Shown piece after piece: positions 50,760 through 58,403 of a stretch of 64,000 nt of DNA. Position 1 is the first letter of the stretch; each line of letters starts with the position of its first letter. The stretch is from an uncultured virus (IMG/VR IMGVR_UViG_3300032296_004100) (lineage: Duplodnaviria; Heunggongvirae; Uroviricota; Caudoviricetes): the IMG/VR virus record IMGVR_UViG_3300032296_004100, one strand, 5' to 3'. The position numbers and the translations under genes are program-made. Below the pieces are notes generated by a model. It was not told the origin of the DNA, made no database searches, and was given only the letters and a program-made list of their open reading frames with translations.

Positions 50760-50921
50760 ATGAAAAATACCCCTAAGTCTATCAAGAACCTGAAAATATC
50801 AGAAAGTACCCATGAGGTACTAAAAAGTTATTGTGAAAAAAATGGTTTGAAGATGTATAAGTTCTTAGAAAAGCTCATTTTAGACAACTGTAAGGTGACA
50901 AAAGATATCTACGGAGAGTAA
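50760..50921 (+). CDS. Small ribbon-helix-helix-like DNA-binding protein (53 aa)
   Basis: Below the track cutoff. MKNTPKSIKNLKISESTHEVLKSYCEKNGLKMYKFLEKLILDNCKVTKDIYGE*: an alternating beta strand (KNLKI) followed by helix-G-helix. Confidence 0.7.
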   Translation: MKNTPKSIKNLKISESTHEVLKSYCEKNGLKMYKFLEKLILDNCKVTKDIYGE

Positions 50922-51986
50922 TTAAACCAACTTACTTTCGAACTCAATTACTGACACCTCACCTACAATATCCTTGATGATATCCACTCTAAAAATGTCT
51001 CCAGTATTCAATTGAACAGTAGAAATATTTTGTCCATAATAATCACCATTAATAAAAACATTGTATGTATCAACATTTGATGATGATATCAATGTGAGGT
51101 CAACTCTATAATCAACTTGGTCATCAATTAAGGATGTATTACCTGAGGTGTATAGAAGTTTGTATGTAAATTCGTCAGGATTTGAAGGAGTAATTTCTGC
51201 TCTTCTACCTTTCGGGACTTGGGTGTCAACTTCAAATAATTGTACTACGCGTGAAATTGCTGGTTTTACTTCAAATTCTTCCTCATCAATTAAGTAACCT
51301 AACATTGTAAATTCGTAACTTTGAATATAATAATTTCTTTTTTCAACATCGATTACTGATTCATCTGAAACATTGTTCATTATTATGGGGACATATTGTC
51401 CTTTAATAAATGTGTAAGCTTGACGAGAAGAGAAAGTTTGAAGAACATTTTTATTGAATGTATTTAACTCCCTCATTCTATTACAAATGATTTTAACACT
51501 GTAATTAATATCTACAGGGACGGGTTGAGGTATGGTGTAAACATCATACCCCTTTTGGTTACCATTCCATGTTGGGACTGTGGCATAATAAAATTGTTTT
51601 CTAACAGGAATTGTATACTGAAGTGATGGATTTGTTCCGTATTTTACTTCAGGTTGTCTCACAAGAGTAATAAATGGAAGTTGAACATTGAAATCATCAT
51701 CTTTAAAGTTCCAAGTTTCAGTAAATTGTGACCATCTTTGATTTGTTATAATTTTGTCAATAACACTAATGTCTTTTCCCGAAACAACTGTCTTCAATTC
51801 ATTTTTGACAAATTCTAACATCCCCCCATCTAAATCGGCATGAAGAACACTCTGAGGAAGATATGTTCCGTCTTCATTGATAAACTGTAGAAGTTGTTCT
51901 CTTCTGGCAGACAAAGTCTTTGGTGGAACCAAGTCAATATCCATTTTGATTTGTTTCTTAAAAATAGGGTTTTTAGGAAGTGCCAT
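50922..51986 (-). CDS. Tail terminator / tail completion protein (gp15-like)
   Basis: LPFITLVR...PQPVPVDINYSVKII pattern; lies between the neck gene and the sheath gene. Confidence 0.6.
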   Translation of the reverse strand: MALPKNPIFKKQIKMDIDLVPPKTLSARREQLLQFINEDGTYLPQSVLHADLDGGMLEFVKNELKTVVSGKDISVIDKIITNQRWSQFTETWNFKDDDFNVQLPFITLVRQPEVKYGTNPSLQYTIPVRKQFYYATVPTWNGNQKGYDVYTIPQPVPVDINYSVKIICNRMRELNTFNKNVLQTFSSRQAYTFIKGQYVPIIMNNVSDESVIDVEKRNYYIQSYEFTMLGYLIDEEEFEVKPAISRVVQLFEVDTQVPKGRRAEITPSNPDEFTYKLLYTSGNTSLIDDQVDYRVDLTLISSSNVDTYNVFINGDYYGQNISTVQLNTGDIFRVDIIKDIVGEVSVIEFESKLV

Positions 51987-52501
51987 TATGTACCGTAAAA
52001 TTCATTTTGACTTGTTGGGGTTGCAATGATTGTTCTGTAGAACGGTTTGTAACCTCCATAAGTGTGTTTATTGTCAGACACAACACGACCATCGTCAGAT
52101 ACGGTATAGTACCTAACTTTATCTTCGGATTCATAATACCCAAAGTAATCACCCATTTGAATATCAACACCCAATTCTTCCAAGTAAGCGCGGTAAATTG
52201 AAAACCTCATATTACCTGGCTCGTTTTGTTCTACACGAGATGTACCGAGTCTCTGAGCGGTGGGGGCTAAGATTTGAACATAACCCTTTAGTTCAACAGG
52301 AGCAAGGAACTGAATACCTCCCTCTGGTGATTCTCCATATACATCATCGATACGAGTACGGTATCTATCGATACGATACAATACCACAGTAAAGTTCATA
52401 TCACCTTCTAACCATTCTTGACCCATAGAAATATCAAGGTTATAATCCTCCGCACCGAAGAACTTACCTAACCGCGTAATTGGAACTAATTTCTCTGCCA
52501 T
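51986..52501 (-). CDS. Head-closure/neck protein (gp14-like)
   Basis: VVLYRID...DDVYGES...GDYF pattern; coupled to the gp15-like gene. Confidence 0.55.
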   Translation of the reverse strand: MAEKLVPITRLGKFFGAEDYNLDISMGQEWLEGDMNFTVVLYRIDRYRTRIDDVYGESPEGGIQFLAPVELKGYVQILAPTAQRLGTSRVEQNEPGNMRFSIYRAYLEELGVDIQMGDYFGYYESEDKVRYYTVSDDGRVVSDNKHTYGGYKPFYRTIIATPTSQNEFYGT

Positions 52502-52554
52502 AGTAGTTATATTGATAAATACCTCTTTTTAATTTATATTTTAAATAAAAAATT

Positions 52555-52950
52555 ATGGAACTTATTTTACCCTCAAAGATTACATTAAAATCTAGTGATG
52601 TTCATGGATTAGGCATCTTTGCAACAAAAAAAATAAAAAAAGGTGAAGTCATCGAAGAGAGCCCAATCATGAGACTACCTATCGAGCCAGGAGAGAGTAG
52701 TCCTTTGTTTTCAAACTATCGATTTGCATGGCCTAAAGGAGAAGGATGGCATAGTCATGTTGTTGCTATGGGATACGCATCGTATTACAACCACTCGGAT
52801 AACCCCAATGCAGAATGGAACAACAATTTAGAAAACATGACTTTTATGTTTACCGCCCTTACGGACATCAAACCTGGTGAGGAAATCTTCGTTTACTACG
52901 GACCAGAAACTTACTGGTTCGACGAGCAAACGAAGGTTGAAGGAAAATAA
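52555..52950 (+). CDS. SET-domain protein-lysine methyltransferase
   Basis: HGLGIFATKKIKKGEVI, YYNHSDNPNA and DIKPGEEIFVYYG SET motifs. Confidence 0.92.
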   Translation: MELILPSKITLKSSDVHGLGIFATKKIKKGEVIEESPIMRLPIEPGESSPLFSNYRFAWPKGEGWHSHVVAMGYASYYNHSDNPNAEWNNNLENMTFMFTALTDIKPGEEIFVYYGPETYWFDEQTKVEGK

Positions 52951-54704
52951 TGTCGGTTGGACTAACAATAGAATCCAAAGCCATCTCCATATTGGAGAAC
53001 TACTCGGGGGCTAACAACTATATCTTGGGGTTAAAAGTCAAACTTGACAAAAACTCCAAGTTTTACCCCACGCGTAGTCAATCAGAATACATCATTAATA
53101 ATCATTCTAAGACCCCACTTGTAGCAAAGAAGTGGGTTGTCTTGGATTCTTATTTTGCTAATAAGATTGCCGATGAGAGATTAATGATGACAATTCCCGA
53201 AAAGATTTGGATTGAAAAATTGTTGGCAGAAAAAGACAAAGCCTACCACATTTGGGGTAAATTCTCTGAGGAAGACCCCTTGACGGAGATGTGGGTTCCT
53301 AAGGTAGCAATTATCAAAGATAACAAAGTTGAAATTGCCGAAGTTGATTACACAAAATATTCACATCGTCCTCCCCTTGAACACCAAAAGGTTGCCATCG
53401 AAGAACTCCTTAAAAATAAGAAGTACATCTTGGCGGATGATATGGGTTTGGGAAAAACTACCTCGACAATTATCGCATCATTAGAAATGGGGGCAAAAAA
53501 GATTTTGATAATCTGTCCTGCCTCTCTGAAAATTAATTGGCAAAGAGAATATCAACTCTACTCTGAAAAAACAAGTTATGTCTGTGAGGGCAAAAACTAT
53601 TCTGAAGAATCTGATATTGTGATTATGAATTACGACATTATCAAAAATTTCCACGATTCAAAAGACAGAAAGAACTCGATAATTATGAAGTCCAATTTCG
53701 ATTTAGTTATCATCGATGAGGCACACTACATTCAAAATGTACAAGCTCAAAGAACCAAACTAATCAACGACTTGGTTAGAGACATCGACCGATTGTGGTT
53801 ATTAACGGGAACCCCTATGACCTCTCGACCGATTAACTATTTCAATCTTTTGTCGTTGGTTGATTCACCCGTTGCTAAAAATTGGATGGCGTATGTTGTT
53901 AGATATTGTTCGGGATATCAGTTCAGGGTTGGTCCAAGAAAAGTTTGGAATGTGATGGGTGCATCCAACTTGGAAGAATTAAGAGACCGAACCGGGGCAT
54001 CTGTCCTTAGAAGATTAAAAGAAGATGTATTGGACTTACCTGAAAAAATTATCACTCCTGTATACCTTCGTCTTCGTTCAAAACTTTACGAAGAGGTTAT
54101 GGGAGATTATTACAATTGGTATGAAAAAAATCCTGAGGAAAGTAAAAACCTTTCAATTCAGTTCACCAAACTAACTCAGGTAAGACAGGTAATTGCCGAG
54201 GAAAAAACTCAACACACAATTGAACTTGCGGAAAACATTGTCGAACAAGGAAAAAAAGTTATCATCTTTTGTAATTTTACAAAGTCACTTGAAACAATCG
54301 TCAATCACTTTGGTAAAAGTGCTGTGAGGTTAGATGGTTCAATGAATAAGACCCAAAGACAGGATTCCGTAGATAGGTTTCAAGAAGATGATAATGTAAA
54401 AGTGTTTGTTGGTAACATCAAGGCTGCTGGCGTGGGAATTACCCTAACCGCAGCCGAAGCTGTTATTATGAATGACCTTTCATTTCTTCCTTCAGACCAC
54501 AGTCAGTCCGAAGATAGGGCATACAGATACGGACAAAAAAATAATGTTTTGGTGTACTACCCAATTTTCGAAAATACAATTGAGGGTATCATCTACGACA
54601 TATTAAACAATAAAAAAAGAATAATAGCCACAGTTATGGGTGATACCTCGGATGAGACAAATATTGTTGAAGAAATTTTAAAGAGTATAAATCAAAGGAG
54701 ATAA
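52950..54704 (+). CDS. SNF2-family (SMARCAL1/HARP-like) ATPase/helicase
   Basis: LADDMGLGKT, ICPASLKINW, IIDEAH, LTGTP, RRLKEDV, GVGITLT and QSEDRAYRYGQ motifs. Confidence 0.92.
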   Translation: MSVGLTIESKAISILENYSGANNYILGLKVKLDKNSKFYPTRSQSEYIINNHSKTPLVAKKWVVLDSYFANKIADERLMMTIPEKIWIEKLLAEKDKAYHIWGKFSEEDPLTEMWVPKVAIIKDNKVEIAEVDYTKYSHRPPLEHQKVAIEELLKNKKYILADDMGLGKTTSTIIASLEMGAKKILIICPASLKINWQREYQLYSEKTSYVCEGKNYSEESDIVIMNYDIIKNFHDSKDRKNSIIMKSNFDLVIIDEAHYIQNVQAQRTKLINDLVRDIDRLWLLTGTPMTSRPINYFNLLSLVDSPVAKNWMAYVVRYCSGYQFRVGPRKVWNVMGASNLEELRDRTGASVLRRLKEDVLDLPEKIITPVYLRLRSKLYEEVMGDYYNWYEKNPEESKNLSIQFTKLTQVRQVIAEEKTQHTIELAENIVEQGKKVIIFCNFTKSLETIVNHFGKSAVRLDGSMNKTQRQDSVDRFQEDDNVKVFVGNIKAAGVGITLTAAEAVIMNDLSFLPSDHSQSEDRAYRYGQKNNVLVYYPIFENTIEGIIYDILNNKKRIIATVMGDTSDETNIVEEILKSINQRR

Positions 54705-54719
54705 TCGGTAGTTGTCTAT

Positions 54720-54726
54720 TATTTAT
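54720..54726 (+). promoter_or_regulatory. TATTTAT motif upstream of the SOD fusion gene
   Basis: Plus-strand copy 18 nt before ATG 54745, showing that motif orientation follows gene orientation. Confidence 0.7.
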
Positions 54727-54744
54727 AGAAAAATAATATAGACC

Positions 54745-56271
54745 ATGCAACACATACAAGAATCGGTAGAGAAGATTGAAAAACAAATTCTTCACGAACA
54801 AAAAAGAGAACAAGCCAAAGAACTTTTACAAGAAGGAAAAAAAATCGGAATAGAAAAATTACCCTACAGTTACTCTGCGGTAAAAAGATTCATAGATTCC
54901 GAAACCATGAATGTCCACTACAACAAACACTACAAAGGTTATGTGGATAAACTCAACAACTTACTGTCAAAGAGAAAGGGAGACCACGACCTCGAAAAAA
55001 TAATCAGAGGTATTTCAAAATACCCTAAAGGAGTAAGAGATAACGCAGGGGGTGCATTTAACCACGCACTTTTTTGGAATATGTTATCCCCCCAACCACA
55101 AAGAATCGGTAAAGAGTTACTTCAACAAATTAAAAAAGATTTTGGAACGTTCGAGAAGTTCAAAAAACAATTCGAAGAAGTTGCCATACAAAGATTCGGT
55201 TCAGGATGGGTGTGGTTAATCCTTACCAACAAAGGAACCCTAAAGATAATGTCAACTCCAAATCAAGATAATCCATTGATGAATGTAATTGAAGGCGGCG
55301 GATATCCAATTTTGGGCTTAGATTTGTGGGAACATGCATACTACCTCAAATACAAAAACAAAAGAGATGAGTATATCAAAAACTTTTGGACCGTGGTCAA
55401 TTGGGACTTTGTGGGAGATATGTATACACTCAAAACACAAACCAAGTTATTGGAGTCACAAGAAATGGGTAAGATACTAATGGAAACAAAATCAGAATCG
55501 TGTACAAGGGGGGAAGTAGAATTCTTCAGAGTGTTGTTCAACAACAACCTACGCGCAAGAGACATCTATAAGAACACAATTAATGATATTCTTAGAAACC
55601 TCTTTGCTGACAACTACCACAACAAAAGGGAGAATGGTGAAATACCCGGAGTTTACGATTTAGAAAAACCGGGTCGTAGTGTCATTAATTATATGAACAC
55701 TAACTATTCCGTCTTTTGTATTATGGTAAGAGATTTAAATAGAGTTATTACCAAGTCACTCAAGGAAAAATCTGTGAACTTCGAAGGGAAGACCCCTGCA
55801 GAACAAATCTCAGAAATGAAAAGACTCTGTAACTACATCGAACAATTTAGTTCAAGAATTTTTGACCCAAACAGTCAAACATTCCATTCTATTATGAATA
55901 CCCTCAAAGAGAAGGATAATGTTGGTACCCGTAGAGAAAATATGGCACAGGTTCGTCTTCAAGAGAGTATTCCAAACGCTAAGGTAATTGTGACAGCAGG
56001 TGCTGGAAAAACCAAAGACGCAATTCAAAAAATAGACATGGAAATAGTTGTCGAAAACTCGAAACTTACTGCACAGGTAAAAGGGTTCGATGAGATTTTA
56101 GAACAAAACGGTCGTTTGGTTGTGACCAAGACTGGTGAAGTTGCAAAATACAATGTTGATTGGATGGTATTTGTTAAGGGTAAAAAAGTGGTCGTCTTTG
56201 AAAACAAAGGTGAAATTGTCATGGGAAACTATGTTTTTGAGAAAACACAAATGATATACGATTTGAGATAA
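54745..56271 (+). CDS. Fe/Mn superoxide dismutase fused to a C-terminal unknown (nuclease-like) domain
   Basis: VHYNKHYKGYV, NAGGAFNHALFW, FGSGWVW, TPNQDNP and LDLWEHAYY motifs, followed by about 270 extra residues. Confidence 0.85.
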   Translation: MQHIQESVEKIEKQILHEQKREQAKELLQEGKKIGIEKLPYSYSAVKRFIDSETMNVHYNKHYKGYVDKLNNLLSKRKGDHDLEKIIRGISKYPKGVRDNAGGAFNHALFWNMLSPQPQRIGKELLQQIKKDFGTFEKFKKQFEEVAIQRFGSGWVWLILTNKGTLKIMSTPNQDNPLMNVIEGGGYPILGLDLWEHAYYLKYKNKRDEYIKNFWTVVNWDFVGDMYTLKTQTKLLESQEMGKILMETKSESCTRGEVEFFRVLFNNNLRARDIYKNTINDILRNLFADNYHNKRENGEIPGVYDLEKPGRSVINYMNTNYSVFCIMVRDLNRVITKSLKEKSVNFEGKTPAEQISEMKRLCNYIEQFSSRIFDPNSQTFHSIMNTLKEKDNVGTRRENMAQVRLQESIPNAKVIVTAGAGKTKDAIQKIDMEIVVENSKLTAQVKGFDEILEQNGRLVVTKTGEVAKYNVDWMVFVKGKKVVVFENKGEIVMGNYVFEKTQMIYDLR

Positions 56272-56277
56272 TCGCGG

Positions 56278-56284
56278 TATTTAT
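56278..56284 (+). promoter_or_regulatory. TATTTAT motif upstream of the neck protein gene
   Basis: Plus-strand copy 4 nt before ATG 56289. Confidence 0.7.
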
Positions 56285-56288
56285 AGGT

Positions 56289-57407
56289 ATGGCTGTATTA
56301 CCTGAACCCGAAAGAAGTAGAATTTATACACGACTTCGTCACCAACTTGGTGCCCCTCTGAGAGCTGTAGAACTCGAAGATGAAATGTTGGACTCCTTGA
56401 TGGAATTATCCATTCAAGACTATGAACAATATACTTTGGATTGGCTTATTGAATCTAACTGGGTTAATTTGGTTAACCTAAATATGAACGAGAAATCAGT
56501 GGCTAGAGCTTTGGTTACCCGTACTTTTAATTTAGAAGACCAATTTACATATGCATACTCTAAGATTGTGGGTTTACAAACTACGGGTCCTTATGTGTTG
56601 AAAAAGGATTATTTCGTTTTAAGTGCTAACACCCAATCATACGAAATACCTGCAGGTAGAGAAATAAATGAGTTACTATGGTTTTCGAATCAACCTTTTC
56701 AGAACTTAGCTCTTTTTGGTACAACTGATTATGGGTTTGGTGGTTTGGGATTAGGAGCAAACCAAGCGGGATACGCCCAAATGGGAAATGCGGGTTCTTA
56801 TTTTATGCTAAGCGGTTTTGATTATTTACTTCGATTCCAAGAGGCAAATATTCTTAATAGAATTTTGGGTGGGGCGTTGACTTACAAAATTACGGGATTA
56901 CCTGATGGTAAAAGATTAGTGACCCTCTACAACGCACCTGGTTCAAACTTTTCGTTCAGTAATTATTCCTCTTACACCGGCAAAGCTGTTTGGTATTGGT
57001 ATTATGATGTTGATGGGGACAGTCGTGCACAATGTATAAAAGACAATCCTGACATTATCAAATTACCGTCTGATGTTCCAATCGAAGAACTTTCTTGGGA
57101 AGACTTAAATGTTCCCGCACAACAATGGGTCAGAAAGTGGTTTACCGCATATTCTAAAGAAACATTATCAAGAGTTAGAGGAAAATATTCAGGAAATCTT
57201 AAAACACCTGACTCAGAGCTTCAAATGGACTATCAGTCGTTGGCTACGGAGTCCAAGGATGAAAAATCTAAATTAGAAGAAGAATTGAAACTAAGGTTAG
57301 AAAGACTACGCCCTGAAAAACAAATGGAAAAAGAAGCACTATTGGCAGAAAATCTCAACAAACAAATGAAGTTTAGAGCAATGCCAAGACAAATCTATGT
57401 TGTTTAA
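56289..57407 (+). CDS. Neck protein (T4 gp13-like head-tail adaptor)
   Basis: RLRHQLGAPLRAVELEDEML N-terminus and WVRKW...KETLSRVRGKYSG C-terminal pattern. Confidence 0.7.
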   Translation: MAVLPEPERSRIYTRLRHQLGAPLRAVELEDEMLDSLMELSIQDYEQYTLDWLIESNWVNLVNLNMNEKSVARALVTRTFNLEDQFTYAYSKIVGLQTTGPYVLKKDYFVLSANTQSYEIPAGREINELLWFSNQPFQNLALFGTTDYGFGGLGLGANQAGYAQMGNAGSYFMLSGFDYLLRFQEANILNRILGGALTYKITGLPDGKRLVTLYNAPGSNFSFSNYSSYTGKAVWYWYYDVDGDSRAQCIKDNPDIIKLPSDVPIEELSWEDLNVPAQQWVRKWFTAYSKETLSRVRGKYSGNLKTPDSELQMDYQSLATESKDEKSKLEEELKLRLERLRPEKQMEKEALLAENLNKQMKFRAMPRQIYVV

Positions 57408-57408
57408 T

Positions 57409-57786
57409 ATGGAAAACAGAGACCGTCTTAAATCAATTTTTGATTATCTTTTTAAATCGATAGATACCAATTTCAAAATAGTTGATACTAAACTATTTTT
57501 AACCCTCACCAAAGCAGGTGAGTTAGTTGCATATACTTTTGTGATAAAAACAACTCAAGATTTTGATGGTGTTGAATACCAACAAATGGCAAAAGACTTG
57601 GATGAGGCCGAAAACACATTGTCCGAAATTTTTTCCAAGAATATAATTACTAAAAATCTCAAAATGTCGAATTCTCAAAATTATCCTAACCTTTGGGTTG
57701 GAATTCTTATTAATAAGTTAAACGCAGATAATGTAAAAGGTCGTATGGATACTGAGTGGGAAATATATGTAGATTTAAACGAATAA
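57409..57786 (+). CDS. Hypothetical protein
   Basis: ORF starting MENRDR 1 nt after the upstream stop. Confidence 0.6.
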   Translation: MENRDRLKSIFDYLFKSIDTNFKIVDTKLFLTLTKAGELVAYTFVIKTTQDFDGVEYQQMAKDLDEAENTLSEIFSKNIITKNLKMSNSQNYPNLWVGILINKLNADNVKGRMDTEWEIYVDLNE

Positions 57787-57793
57787 ATAAGTT

Positions 57794-58129
57794 ATGTCAG
57801 TAATAAAAAACACACCCTCACAAAGAGTTATCAATGGGAAAATGATAACCACATCTGAAACTGCTGTGGTTTCTGAGCCGTTTTATGAAACACACGGAGA
57901 AACTTGTATTGTCATCCGTGGTATACCACAAGCAAAAGTCCGTTTGGATAGTATGTCAACCGACCATACAGTAATCAAAGCGATGACTAAAGTTCTTATT
58001 GTCCCCGATATCGGCAGAATCGATGAAGATTACGATGAACTTTTAATAGAAAGAGGTGCTTGCGTAGAATTTAGATTCTGTGCAGGTGTTTGGTATATTA
58101 TATCCTCTGACGGACTCAAGCAGTCTTAA
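57794..58129 (+). CDS. Hypothetical beta-rich protein
   Basis: 111-aa ORF ending ...GACVEFRFCAGVWYIISSDG. Confidence 0.65.
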   Translation: MSVIKNTPSQRVINGKMITTSETAVVSEPFYETHGETCIVIRGIPQAKVRLDSMSTDHTVIKAMTKVLIVPDIGRIDEDYDELLIERGACVEFRFCAGVWYIISSDGLKQS

Positions 58130-58403
58130 GTGGGATATTTTTCAGGTCTCTAATCTTTATTGTCCTTAAATTGGTCGTACCCTCTGCCAATTTCACGAAC
58201 ACACCTTGGTTTGCCATGAACTCAAAAACATAAAAAAGGTAATCTGCAAGTACCAAGTCAGGTCGAATGACCGATACTCCAATATGTTCGGGAGAATACT
58301 CTCGGGTGGGACGACCAACTTGTTTATCACTACCACGACGGATAATCCAAAAATCAGCCGCGGGGTTGTCAATGTTGAGGTTAACTATGTCTTTCAGTTT
58401 CAT
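58116..58403 (-). CDS. Small protein resembling a type I R-M specificity (TRD) fragment
   Basis: MKLKDIV...ADYLFYVF...AEGTTNLRTIKIRDLKNIPL echoes conserved HsdS segments. The start at 58403 follows a TATTTAC motif variant. Confidence 0.5.
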   Translation of the reverse strand: MKLKDIVNLNIDNPAADFWIIRRGSDKQVGRPTREYSPEHIGVSVIRPDLVLADYLFYVFEFMANQGVFVKLAEGTTNLRTIKIRDLKNIPLKTA

